In this document: positions 1 to 7,942 of the stretch, one piece after another | Layout: the number at the start of each line of letters is the position of its first letter | Position numbering within the stretch: the first letter of the stretch is position 1 | Virus record (IMG/VR): IMGVR_UViG_3300037483_000165 | Span: 1-41,600 of that record | From: a virus | Taxonomy: Duplodnaviria > Caudoviricetes | DNA: 41,600 nt | Strand: one strand, 5' to 3' | The notes under the pieces: generated by a model | What the model saw: the letters and a program-made list of their open reading frames with translations, nothing else | Told to the model about the DNA's origin: nothing | Databases searched by the model: none | Program-made: the position numbers and the translations under genes

Positions 1-260
1 ACTCGCCGCCGCACCACTCGCCGCCGCACCACACGCCGTCGCACCACACGCCGCCGCGCCACTCGCCGCCGCGCCACTCGCCGCCGCGCCACACGCCGCC
101 GCGCCACTCGCCGTCGCACCACACGCCGCCGCGCCACTCGCCGCCGCGCCACTCGCCGTCGCACCACACGCCGCCGCGCCACTCGCCGCCGCACCACTCG
201 CCGCCGCGCCACTCGCCGTCGCACCACACGCCGCCGCGCCACACGCCGCCGCGCCACACG
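1..260. repeat. 15-bp tandem repeat, minus-strand unit G(G/A)C GGC G(A/T)G TGG (C/T)GC
   Basis: About 17 consecutive units with no spacers; the same repeat occupies ~41414-41600. Confidence 0.95.
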
Positions 261-358
261 ATATGATCGTGGCCGCCAGCATTCCACTCAACGTCTGCGT
301 TGTCGGTAATTGCATCACTCAACCACTTCGGACAATTCGGTAGTTCACTGATCTTCAT
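1..358 (-). CDS. 5' part of Trp-rich pentapeptide-repeat protein (MKISELPNCPKWLSDAITDNADVEWNAGGHDHIVWRGGVW...), continuing across the window ends
   Basis: ATG at 358 overlaps the upstream stop (ATGA); the frame is open to the window edge and is in frame with 41196.. if the 103-nt terminal overlap is collapsed (660 nt total). Confidence 0.8.
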   Translation of the reverse strand, partial: MKISELPNCPKWLSDAITDNADVEWNAGGHDHIVWRGGVWRGGVWCDGEWRGGEWCGGEWRGGVWCDGEWRGGEWRGGVWCDGEWRGGVWRGGEWRGGEWRGGVWCDGVWCGGEWCGGE

Positions 359-522
359 TTCTTCCTCCGGTTGCGCTCGGCAGCGGCGCAGGCTTTGCGT
401 AAATCCTTGTAGGACTGAATACGCTCCGGCCAATTTTTTACAGTCCCGTAGTTCGTAAAGCGATACCATCTCATCGCCGCCCGGAACACCCGCGCAACGT
501 CCTGCTGGCGGTAGGGTTTCAT
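355..522 (-). CDS. small basic hypothetical protein
   Basis: ATGA coupling at both ends; start moved to MKPYRQQ. Confidence 0.6.
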   Translation of the reverse strand: MKPYRQQDVARVFRAAMRWYRFTNYGTVKNWPERIQSYKDLRKACAAAERNRRKK

Positions 523-803
523 AGATATCCTTTCGCTATCCACCAAGCTTTGGTTCGTTCGTGGGCTTGTTTGTGCATTTCCCTTTTTTCCTCTTTCGAG
601 AGTTTTCCGGAACGTCCATCACACAAGTTATGACATGCCAGACAAAGTATTGCCCCCTTTTCATCAGGACTCTTGCGCCCAATTCCACGCCCATCAGCGA
701 GTGAATTGGAGTGAGCAAGACAGAGGAGGTCCCGGTTCGGGTTTTGCCTGAAACAGTAGAAACAATGCGGGGCTTCACGGGCGCTCTCTCTAAGTCTAGA
801 CAT
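519..803 (-). CDS. DUF1364/YbcO-like His-Me finger nuclease (Zn-binding)
   Basis: LRESAR..CxxC..LAHSN..GRGIGRK..CxxCH..D pattern typical of this lambdoid family. Confidence 0.75.
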   Translation of the reverse strand: MSRLRESAREAPHCFYCFRQNPNRDLLCLAHSNSLADGRGIGRKSPDEKGAILCLACHNLCDGRSGKLSKEEKREMHKQAHERTKAWWIAKGYL

Positions 804-1116
804 TGACTCTTTGATTTCTGGATTGCGTTTGCCATGCGCTTATTTTCGCCTCTGCCGCTACCATCATCCATCTGTGATATTCATCCCTCTGGATTGCGTC
901 TTGCATGGCTTTCAAATGCTCGGCATATTGCGGGTCAGAATAGGCGATAGCCTCTTGCGCTCCTAAAGACTCGGTTTGATGCTGGCGCATGATCGTGGCT
1001 TTAATCACCTTGCGGTATTCGTCCAGATAGATGCGATTAGCCCTGGCCTGCGCCGCCTTGGTCGCATTGCTGCGAAGGTAATCCACGGCTTGCTCTACAC
1101 TATCTTCTGTAATCAT
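796..1116 (-). CDS. helical protein in recombination cluster, UvsY-like mediator candidate
   Basis: Start MITEDSVEQ coupled to exonuclease stop; coiled-coil with AQEAIAYSDPQY motif. Confidence 0.5.
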   Translation of the reverse strand: MITEDSVEQAVDYLRSNATKAAQARANRIYLDEYRKVIKATIMRQHQTESLGAQEAIAYSDPQYAEHLKAMQDAIQRDEYHRWMMVAAEAKISAWQTQSRNQRVNV

Positions 1117-1874
1117 CGTGGTAACCCTGTTTTGGCATACCAATATTCCAAGAGTGCCGCAAACATCCTCCATCCTCTTTGCAATTCGTCCTCGGACCAT
1201 TCGTGGATATGGACTAGACCGGGATGATTCACAGAAACAAAAACATTGGCACACTTGGCTTGCGGTAAGCCCAATCCTTCCCGATAGGCAGCTAACTGAA
1301 TACAGTGTTCATCCCAAGCTAGTTTTTTGATGGGCTCGTCAAATTCTTTCGTCTTGAAATCCATTACCGCGCCTTGTTGAGAGCTAATATCTACTTTGCC
1401 CCCGAATCCAAGCGGAGAAGCAAAAGACTGTTCAGCAACCCATTTAACCGGACCGCCATTACTTAATTCCCATTTGAGAACGGCATTAGTTACAGCCTCA
1501 ACATAGTCGAGAGTATCCGGCCCGGTATCTTCGGTTTCATACCATTCTTGAATCGCCGCATGAATAGCCGTTCCCCTCTCAGCCGCCTTTTTCGCTTGTT
1601 CCTGAGAGTCCCTCCTAGCTCTTTCTGCAAAAGCGTCCAGAGACTCGTCTGGCAGTCTAGGTAGTGTTAAAGCAGCTAGAATGCCCTGAGTTACCTTCCA
1701 TCGCTCCAAGCCCGGTTTAGCGGCTTCCTGGAGGATCGTGGTAACCGATGGGCGTAGCCCTAACTTCTTGGCATGGCGAATGTCGGGCTTGACCATGCCC
1801 TTGACGCCCGGAACTTCATAGGCCGGGCGCCCGTCAGGATGGTAAAAGCGGCCTGATTCTGAGGGGTGGGTCAT
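1113..1874 (-). CDS. PD-(D/E)XK phage exonuclease (Cas4/RecE-like)
   Basis: PSVTTIL, RGTAIH, GKVD, DFKT and QLAAY motifs; TAATG coupling to upstream gene. Confidence 0.85.
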   Translation of the reverse strand: MTHPSESGRFYHPDGRPAYEVPGVKGMVKPDIRHAKKLGLRPSVTTILQEAAKPGLERWKVTQGILAALTLPRLPDESLDAFAERARRDSQEQAKKAAERGTAIHAAIQEWYETEDTGPDTLDYVEAVTNAVLKWELSNGGPVKWVAEQSFASPLGFGGKVDISSQQGAVMDFKTKEFDEPIKKLAWDEHCIQLAAYREGLGLPQAKCANVFVSVNHPGLVHIHEWSEDELQRGWRMFAALLEYWYAKTGLPR

Positions 1875-2479
1875 TAGAACGTCACTTCCCCGTCCAATCC
1901 GGGCACATGATCCTCGGACCACGGAATATCGTCTTTCATGTCCTCAAATGACCCCATCTTTTCCTTCGATTTCTTGACGATGTTTTGCAGCCAGTCGGGG
2001 AGTTTTGCCATATCTCCATCGTCAAGATTGAAATACAGGTCTTGATTGACCGGGGCTGGCTTGGGCATCCCCTTCGGTAAGGCCATGACCGCCGCGACGT
2101 TGGCGTAGGTCTTGTCTCCGACTTGGTTGTGAACCACGTTTAACATGCAGTAGGCACCCAAGACCTTTTTAACGTCGAAGCCGTCCGCTTCCTCCTTTGT
2201 GAAAGGTTTACCCCTCCATGCCTCAAGGATGGGTCTCAGGGCGCTTTTCTCCGAGAGGGAGAGGGTAAAGCGGGAGGATACGGCAAAGGGCCTACCATCC
2301 TCCATCCGTTCCTCGCCCAATATCTCCCACGTAAGCAGGACTTTGGGTTGCCACTTCTCTTGATTGTTCCAGACAATCTTTTGATGGCCCAAGTCTATGA
2401 CCTGGTAGCAGCGAGCAACGTGCGTTCCAGCCGGAGCCTTCGGGAAATCCTTGTCCGTATTGCGGGCGGTAGTGCTCAT
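1874..2479 (-). CDS. phage ssDNA-binding / NGO0469-type replication-recombination protein
   Basis: PAGTHVARCYQVIDLG, SLSEKSALR..LEAWRG, acidic tail DDIPW. Confidence 0.7.
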   Translation of the reverse strand: MSTTARNTDKDFPKAPAGTHVARCYQVIDLGHQKIVWNNQEKWQPKVLLTWEILGEERMEDGRPFAVSSRFTLSLSEKSALRPILEAWRGKPFTKEEADGFDVKKVLGAYCMLNVVHNQVGDKTYANVAAVMALPKGMPKPAPVNQDLYFNLDDGDMAKLPDWLQNIVKKSKEKMGSFEDMKDDIPWSEDHVPGLDGEVTF

Positions 2480-2656
2480 TTAAGCCACCTTCCTTTTGGG
2501 GTTGGATTGACGATATTCCTTGCTTAAGCCTAGTTCTGACGCGAGGTAAAGAGCTATGGATTCCCCGCAACGCTCTTGAACGCGGGTAAGCACTGACAAA
2601 ATAGCCTGCATCCTTTCGGATTCAGCTTCCTGCTGCTGATAATCGAGCCTATCCAT
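2480..2656 (-). CDS. hypothetical protein
   Basis: MDRLDYQQQ start with GAGGAAGG upstream; stop abuts next ATG. Confidence 0.55.
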   Translation of the reverse strand: MDRLDYQQQEAESERMQAILSVLTRVQERCGESIALYLASELGLSKEYRQSNPKRKVA

Positions 2657-2792
2657 TTTTAACCTTCCTCGGCTTGACCTCGCGCACCAGTCCGCAGCGT
2701 TTGCAAACTTTGTTACGCCCGCCCAACCCATCGCTGGCGAGCTTGCGCCATTGATGTTTTGTTACCTTGCACCATAGACTCCAGAGATTCAT
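2649..2792 (-). CDS. small Cys/His protein (DUF1660-like), 47 aa, absent from ORF track
   Basis: Translated by hand: [15 protein letters not shown]...VCKRCG; ATGA coupling. Confidence 0.6.
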   Translation of the reverse strand: MNLWSLWCKVTKHQWRKLASDGLGGRNKVCKRCGLVREVKPRKVKNG

Positions 2793-2959
2793 CTAAACAA
2801 CCTCCTGCGTTCCTCAAGTTGTCCCACAAACGTTACCGGCTCATCTTCCCCCGCAAACCACAAATAAAGCTGCCAGACGGTAACAATTAAACAAATGATG
2901 ATGGACAAGGCGCCCACGGTGGCGAGGAAGATCAGGAATTGAAAGCTATTGAAGTTCAT
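2789..2959 (-). CDS. small single-pass membrane protein
   Basis: [29 protein letters not shown] hydrophobic stretch. Confidence 0.55.
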   Translation of the reverse strand: MNFNSFQFLIFLATVGALSIIICLIVTVWQLYLWFAGEDEPVTFVGQLEERRRLFR

Positions 2960-2964
2960 TGGCG

Positions 2965-3176
<212 letters not shown>

Positions 3177-3180
<4 letters not shown>

Positions 3181-3434
3181 TTGAGTTTCCCGAAACTTTC
3201 AATTGCGCTGATTTGCACATACCAGCACTCAGGAAGGGTTTGAGCATCTTTCCATTTTTTGTCGCTGAATGGCCCGGTCTCATAGACGATTGCGGCGTCC
3301 GTGAGTAGCACGCAAGTTTCATTTACGCCGGACAGAATACCCGTGTAAATGTAATTTGCGCAGAACAGCGTGATACGTTCGCCTAATAGTTTTTCCAGCC
3401 CTTCACCCGAAACTTCCTGAACAATCTTTTTCAT
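3177..3434 (-). CDS. small beta protein, Sm/LSm(Hfq)-like fold candidate
   Basis: LEKLLGERITLF..YIYTGILSGVNETCVLLTDA..WYVQISAIESF resembles Sm1/Sm2 motif spacing; AGGAG RBS. Confidence 0.6.
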
Positions 3435-3450
3435 CCTATATACTCCTTGG

Positions 3451-3579
3451 TTAGAGTGATCCATACTTGCCCCGCTCAGCCTCAAACGCACGTTGTTTTC
3501 TCTCTTGGGATTTCTCATGCCAGCTCGCCACTAGACCAGCTACGGCAATCAAGAGCAGAATCCAGTCGAGTAGGTTCAT
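3451..3579 (-). CDS. small membrane protein
   Basis: MNLLDWILLLIAVAGLVASW; ATGA coupling, GGAAGG RBS. Confidence 0.55.
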   Translation of the reverse strand: MNLLDWILLLIAVAGLVASWHEKSQERKQRAFEAERGKYGSL

Positions 3580-3875
3580 TTGCCTTCCTTCGCCAACCGG
3601 ATGGCGGCACGGGCGATCATGTGCCATTCGGTCACATTTGCCGCATCGCCGCCTTCGCGCAGGAAGTCGTTTTCGGTGGCATCGTCGCCGAGAAATAACG
3701 GGTGATCTGCGGTGGACAACATTATTTGTTCCAGCGCGGCCAGCAGGGCGGCGCGGTCCCGCTCCATGCGGCGGGCGAATTCCCAACCGTGTTCCCCATT
3801 AGGAAATTGCCGCCAGTATTCAGCATCCGTCAACGGCGTCTCAGTTGGCACGACCTGTTTTTGAGTAGAAGTCAT
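3576..3875 (-). CDS. hypothetical protein with LLAALE...ARAAI motif
   Basis: ORF track; GAGGGG RBS. Confidence 0.6.
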   Translation of the reverse strand: MTSTQKQVVPTETPLTDAEYWRQFPNGEHGWEFARRMERDRAALLAALEQIMLSTADHPLFLGDDATENDFLREGGDAANVTEWHMIARAAIRLAKEGK

Positions 3876-3892
3876 GTGTTCATTCCCCTCTC

Positions 3893-4060
3893 TTAGCGTT
3901 TCTTTGCTTTCCTACGCTGTTCCGCCGCTGCCTGTCTGCGCTCCTTTGCGATAGACTCGGCAACACTCCGAACGGATTTCTTGTAGCGCGGGCGCTGTTG
4001 CGGGGCGAGATGGCCAAAACCTGTAGCAAACCAACGAATTCTGCGGCCTATTGCGCTCAT
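3893..4060 (-). CDS. small basic protein, 55 aa, absent from ORF track
   Basis: Hand translation MSAIGRRIRWF...RRKAKKR; fills the operon gap. Confidence 0.5.
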   Translation of the reverse strand: MSAIGRRIRWFATGFGHLAPQQRPRYKKSVRSVAESIAKERRQAAAEQRRKAKKR

Positions 4061-4064
4061 ATAT

Positions 4065-4400
4065 TTATTCCCCTCTGATCTGATCCAGTTTTTCGTTAAA
4101 CAGGATATCCGCTTGTTTGGCTATCATGTCCCGACGTAGATAGTGCAGAGCTTCGATAATGGCCTCAACTGCTATATGCTCACCTTGATAAGCCCGCCCC
4201 AGATTTGCAAAGCAACGGGCGAGGCAATAAGCCGGTTCCATCTCCCACTGGTTAATCAATTCCCGGATGACTTCGGGATCATTAACGTCCGTCTTGGCTT
4301 GAGCTTGAGCGAGTCTCTCGGCTTCCTCGCATTCAAGCTCGTTTTGAGCTTGCTCGCGTTCGTAACGGGCAAGGTCGGCTGAGACTGGATCGCGGGTCAT
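4065..4400 (-). CDS. first gene of leftward early operon, hypothetical
   Basis: GAGGA RBS, just downstream of consensus promoter. Confidence 0.7.
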   Translation of the reverse strand: MTRDPVSADLARYEREQAQNELECEEAERLAQAQAKTDVNDPEVIRELINQWEMEPAYCLARCFANLGRAYQGEHIAVEAIIEALHYLRRDMIAKQADILFNEKLDQIRGE

Positions 4401-4433
4401 GCTCGTCCTCGTGTGGTAGTGCGAATAAGTTAA

Positions 4434-4462
4434 ATCTTAGCCCCCTAGTTGCGCATTGTCAA
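4434..4462 (-). promoter_or_regulatory. sigma70 leftward early promoter
   Basis: TTGACA-17 nt-TAAGAT on minus strand. Confidence 0.8.
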
Positions 4463-4477
4463 ATTTAGGTGTAGCCT
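4449..4477 (+). promoter_or_regulatory. sigma70 rightward promoter, probably giving a leaderless mRNA
   Basis: TTGCGC-17 nt-TAGCCT; ATG 4484 lies 7 nt after the -10 and has no SD. Confidence 0.55.
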
Positions 4478-4483
4478 TGCTCC

Positions 4484-5323
4484 ATGTGGCTAAAAAAGTC
4501 TGATTTCCAGACGTGGGGGGCGCAAGGGGGGCGTATTCGCGCTAGAAGGCTTACGGCGGCGCGTCGCAGGCAGATTGCCAGGATTGCCGGTTCCGCCCCC
4601 AAGCGGGGCAGGCCCAAGACGCAAGCCCTAGATAGCCGACTCAAGCAAATGGCACAACTGTATCGCTCAGGAGAGACGCTAGAGCAGATCGGCAATAAGT
4701 TTGCTCTTACTAGAGAGCGCGTGCGGCAAATCTTACTTAAAGGCAATCGACATGGCCGGTTAACCGGTGGCAATTCTGTAAAGTCGGCCCTTCTCCAAAA
4801 AGAATACTCTGATAGGCGTATTTCAGAACGCGAAAGAATAGCCAAATTACAATATGGCTGTTCCTATGAACAGTTAAAAGCCATTCAGGGCAACTTTGCG
4901 CCTACAAAATATGGAACGCCATGCGCTGTCTATCGCCAGAAAAAACAAGACGCCAAAAACAGAAACATAGAATGGCAATTTACGCTTCTTTCATGGTGGG
5001 CTGTTTGGCAAGCCTCTGGAAAATGGGAACAACGTGGGCGCGGCGCAAAGCGGTATTGCATGGCGAGGAATGGCGATTCTGGTCCGTATTCACCTGATAA
5101 TGTAAGAATTATTACCGGTGCGGAAAACTCTGCTGAGTCTTTCACTAAGCATCCGCATCGCTATCCGACGATGGAGAACAATCTTACCTCTAGACAAGCA
5201 GAGGCATATGCTCTTTATGAATCGGGTTTGGGACCAAAGGCCATAGGTGGGAAAATGGGAATTACAAAACATGGTGCGGCAATCCATATCAATCATGCAA
5301 AGCATAAGTTAGGCAAACTATGA
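4484..5323 (+). CDS. multidomain DNA-binding protein: basic motif + sigma70-r4 HTH + HNH-like domain + C-terminal HTH
   Basis: GETLEQIGNKFALTRERVRQI; AKNRNIEWQFT..YCMARNGDSGPYSPDNV..N; LTSRQAEAYAL..GPKAIGGKMGIT. Confidence 0.7.
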   Translation: MWLKKSDFQTWGAQGGRIRARRLTAARRRQIARIAGSAPKRGRPKTQALDSRLKQMAQLYRSGETLEQIGNKFALTRERVRQILLKGNRHGRLTGGNSVKSALLQKEYSDRRISERERIAKLQYGCSYEQLKAIQGNFAPTKYGTPCAVYRQKKQDAKNRNIEWQFTLLSWWAVWQASGKWEQRGRGAKRYCMARNGDSGPYSPDNVRIITGAENSAESFTKHPHRYPTMENNLTSRQAEAYALYESGLGPKAIGGKMGITKHGAAIHINHAKHKLGKL

Positions 5324-5344
5324 CGCGCCGCACAATGAATAACC

Positions 5345-5408
5345 CCATGCTGATGTTCCCCTCCCTTGTTCAGCATGGCTTTGGCCGGTGTGTGTCCCGG
5401 CCTATTTT
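5345..5408 (+). ncRNA. candidate sRNA: hairpin with anti-SD loop followed by terminator-like hairpin
   Basis: CCATGCTGA/TCAGCATGG stem with CCCCTCCC in loop; GGCCGG/CCGGCC + TATTTT. Confidence 0.45.
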
Positions 5409-5437
5409 ATTCCGCATTGCAACAATTAAGGAAAAAC

Positions 5438-5671
5438 GTGAATAAAGCCCAAGAAAAGGTTCTATCCGAGTGTCCTGTGTCCTACCGTCGCATTTTCGAG
5501 CGGGCGTTCAATGGCGGGTCCAAAAGTGCCGGAATTCGGGCATTTTGTCTACGCTGCGTCGGATATTTGAGAAATGACGTGCGCGATTGCACCGCTTACG
5601 GCTGTCCGCTCCATCCCTACCGGCCTTATCAGGTTGATGAGGAAGATGACGACATCCCGACAGTCGGCTAA
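5438..5671 (+). CDS. small Zn-binding protein
   Basis: IRAFCLRC..VRDC..CPLHPYR motif; AAGGA RBS before GTG. Confidence 0.65.
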   Translation: MNKAQEKVLSECPVSYRRIFERAFNGGSKSAGIRAFCLRCVGYLRNDVRDCTAYGCPLHPYRPYQVDEEDDDIPTVG

Positions 5672-5704
5672 TAGCCTCTCAGGGGCATGTTTAAGGGGTA
5701 GATT

Positions 5705-5977
5705 ATGAAATTTAACCAACCCAAAGGCGAGCCAGTAGAGCTTTTCTGGGGCGACCACTGGCCCGGTTGTCCTCAGTGCCGGACAGTTGATCTGGACAAA
5801 CCCGCGACGTTAGCGAATTCCTGTGTCATGGGCGCTCAGCTGGTAGCCGAGGAACTCGCAAAACGTCAAGCTCCGGTAGAGAAAGCCAAGCGCCAAGAAG
5901 TCAAGGAATGGGCGGTCAAGGCTGGAACGTTTGTCACTGACAAGCCTAAGTCTACGCCAACCAAATACGTCGAATAA
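5705..5977 (+). CDS. hypothetical protein (HxxxCxxC...C)
   Basis: ORF track; AAGGGG RBS; TAATG coupling. Confidence 0.65.
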   Translation: MKFNQPKGEPVELFWGDHWPGCPQCRTVDLDKPATLANSCVMGAQLVAEELAKRQAPVEKAKRQEVKEWAVKAGTFVTDKPKSTPTKYVE

Positions 5978-6309
5978 TGGACATAGACGATACCATCCTC
6001 ACGTATCTCAGGACTGGGGCAGTTTTAACCCCGGCCATTGCCGCCGAGAAATGGAAAGTGCTTGCTTTGCATAGCTCGATTTCCAGACTACGCGAACGCG
6101 GGCATCAAATTACTTGCACCATGAAATCCGGTAACGGACGGAGGTATGGGAGTTACAAGCTCGAATCCGCAGCGCAGGCCAATCGGGGGCATCCACCCCC
6201 GTCAAATCCAGAAATGGACACGTCTGCTGCTGCGGACCCTATTCTCGTCACAACCTACGGTAAAGATAAAGACGGGAAAGAGTATTCATTTCAGTATATG
6301 GCGCAATGA
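5977..6309 (+). CDS. winged helix-turn-helix protein with low-complexity tail
   Basis: ILTYLRTG..LTPAIA..LHSSISRLRERGHQI..YKL. Confidence 0.7.
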   Translation: MDIDDTILTYLRTGAVLTPAIAAEKWKVLALHSSISRLRERGHQITCTMKSGNGRRYGSYKLESAAQANRGHPPPSNPEMDTSAAADPILVTTYGKDKDGKEYSFQYMAQ

Positions 6310-6349
6310 CCAACTGAATGTTTACTTTGCAACGCTTTGAGGATAAGTC

Positions 6350-7315
6350 GTGCCAACTGATACCGATATATGGGAAAGCAACTCAGAATCTTGGACCTGT
6401 TCTCAGGCATCGGGGGGTTCAGCCTCGGACTTGAACGCGCAGGGATGCAAACCGTTGCCTTCTGCGAAATCGAGCCTTTTTGCCAAGCCGTTCTACGCAA
6501 GCATTGGCCGAATATTCCTTGCTATGACGACATCCGAACGCTTACCGCAAAGCGGTTGGCCGAGGATGGAATCGGGCCAGTTGACGTTATTTGCGGAGGA
6601 TTCCCCTGTCAGGATATCAGCGTCGCCGGAAAAGGCGCGGGTATCACAGGTTCCCGCTCAGGACTCTGGGCAGAATACGCCCGTCTTATTGGCGAAATAC
6701 GACCGCGCTACGTCATCGTGGAGAACGTCGCGGCACTCCTTGTTCGGGGAATGGAGCGAGTCTTGGGAGACCTTTCCGAAATCGGGTATGACGCGGAGTG
6801 GCACGTTATATCGGCTGCCGACGTTGGCGCTCCGCACCTTAGAAAACGAGTCTGGATTGTGGCCTACCCCCATGACAGTGAGAGCGCACGACTCGGACAA
6901 CACGGTAGGCCGTTACTACCCATCAAAGAATCAATTCGACTTGGCCGCAGCGGTGCATTTATGGAGGACGCCAGGAGCGCAGGATGGGGAGCGGGGAACT
7001 TATGCCACCAAGGAAACAATGGACGCGGCATTAGCGAGGGGGAGACAACTGGGACTGTTGAGCCAGGTAAGACACCCCCATTTATGGCCGATACCGAGGA
7101 ATGGGGGAAGCCAGTCAACGAGTCCAGCAGGGGTGAGGCATGGCGACTTGGCGGCGCAAGCTGGTGGGCAGTTGAACCCAACGTGGGTCGAGTGGCTAAT
7201 GGGGTTCCCTCTCGGGTGGACAGACTGCGAGGACTTGGTAACGCCGTCGTCCCGCAAATCCCGGAAATCATCGGTAAAGAAATCATGCAAGCAGAAGCCA
7301 ATTAAACAAAAGTAA
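6350..7315 (+). CDS. overlapping alternative-frame MTase beta chain (TRD + motif IX); true start uncertain (6350, 6524 or 6566)
   Basis: Frame open for 321 codons; LWPTP/LWRTP/LWPIP repeats and LNPTWVEWLMGFPLGWT (motif IX-like). Confidence 0.7.
   Translation: MPTDTDIWESNSESWTCSQASGGSASDLNAQGCKPLPSAKSSLFAKPFYASIGRIFLAMTTSERLPQSGWPRMESGQLTLFAEDSPVRISASPEKARVSQVPAQDSGQNTPVLLAKYDRATSSWRTSRHSLFGEWSESWETFPKSGMTRSGTLYRLPTLALRTLENESGLWPTPMTVRAHDSDNTVGRYYPSKNQFDLAAAVHLWRTPGAQDGERGTYATKETMDAALARGRQLGLLSQVRHPHLWPIPRNGGSQSTSPAGVRHGDLAAQAGGQLNPTWVEWLMGFPLGWTDCEDLVTPSSRKSRKSSVKKSCKQKPIKQK
6370..7305 (+). CDS. DNA cytosine-C5 methyltransferase, alpha chain (motifs I-VIII and X)
   Basis: LDLFSGIGG, GGFPCQDIS, ENV, RKRVWIVA, GLGNAVVPQ. 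Confidence 0.92.
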   Translation: MGKQLRILDLFSGIGGFSLGLERAGMQTVAFCEIEPFCQAVLRKHWPNIPCYDDIRTLTAKRLAEDGIGPVDVICGGFPCQDISVAGKGAGITGSRSGLWAEYARLIGEIRPRYVIVENVAALLVRGMERVLGDLSEIGYDAEWHVISAADVGAPHLRKRVWIVAYPHDSESARLGQHGRPLLPIKESIRLGRSGAFMEDARSAGWGAGNLCHQGNNGRGISEGETTGTVEPGKTPPFMADTEEWGKPVNESSRGEAWRLGGASWWAVEPNVGRVANGVPSRVDRLRGLGNAVVPQIPEIIGKEIMQAEAN

Positions 7316-7318
7316 CCC

Positions 7319-7501
7319 ATGACCCCTACTCAACGCTTCCAAATCTCCGCAGTCCTGAATTACTTCGGCATCCCTCAGTCCGAGCATCAGAAACATATCA
7401 ACATGGATATGAGATCAAGTGCGGTAAGCAAACGCGCAATGAGAACGTATCAGATGATTTACAAGAGCTTGAGCTTGGAGGAAAGGTTGTTTACTTTGTA
7501 G
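7319..7501 (+). CDS. hypothetical protein
   Basis: ORF track, operon strand. Confidence 0.5.
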   Translation: MTPTQRFQISAVLNYFGIPQSEHQKHINMDMRSSAVSKRAMRTYQMIYKSLSLEERLFTL

Positions 7502-7537
7502 CACTCCGTAGACGCTCATTACCAAGAGGATAAACCC

Positions 7538-7933
7538 GTGGAAATCACGTTAGATGTCGGATCGGAAATCGCATCACTGCTGCAAAAACTCGCGGATCAA
7601 ATCGGCGTCACCGTTGCTCAGATATTCCCGTGGTATGTGCAGCAAGCACACACTGAGGGAATTATCGAATTAATTGGGATATTCGTTATAGCCATTCTGG
7701 CGTTTACGTCGCTAACTGTTGGGGCAATCGGCACCGCAGAACATGGCATAGACAGCGGCCCTTACCGATATATTTTTCTCGTTTTTGGTGGAGGATTTTT
7801 GTTATTCGTGTTTATATTGATTGCCATGCATCCGGGTGGCGGTCTATCCGGGGCCATTACCAAAATAACCAATCCTAACTATCACGCCATGCAAATGCTA
7901 ACGCGGGATATTGGGAAACTGAGAGGACGTTAG
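7538..7933 (+). CDS. two-TM membrane protein
   Basis: Two hydrophobic segments; AGAGGA RBS; LQKLADQIG..NPNYHA pattern common in phage proteins. Confidence 0.7.
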   Translation: MEITLDVGSEIASLLQKLADQIGVTVAQIFPWYVQQAHTEGIIELIGIFVIAILAFTSLTVGAIGTAEHGIDSGPYRYIFLVFGGGFLLFVFILIAMHPGGGLSGAITKITNPNYHAMQMLTRDIGKLRGR

Positions 7934-7942
7934 GTTGTGCCA

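Noticed and set aside
1-260. Terminal 15-bp repeats as a CRISPR array or telomere-like repeat
   Set aside because: No unique spacers and no cas genes; the repeat is an in-frame coding pentapeptide with proper N- and C-terminal domains
1113-1874. Cas4 as evidence of a CRISPR system
   Set aside because: Lacks the Fe-S cysteine cluster and sits beside an SSB-like gene; ordinary phage recombination exonuclease
6864-7320. Antisense ORFs across the methyltransferase as a third coding layer
   Set aside because: No motifs or RBS; plausibly a by-product of the dual-frame constraint on the sense strand
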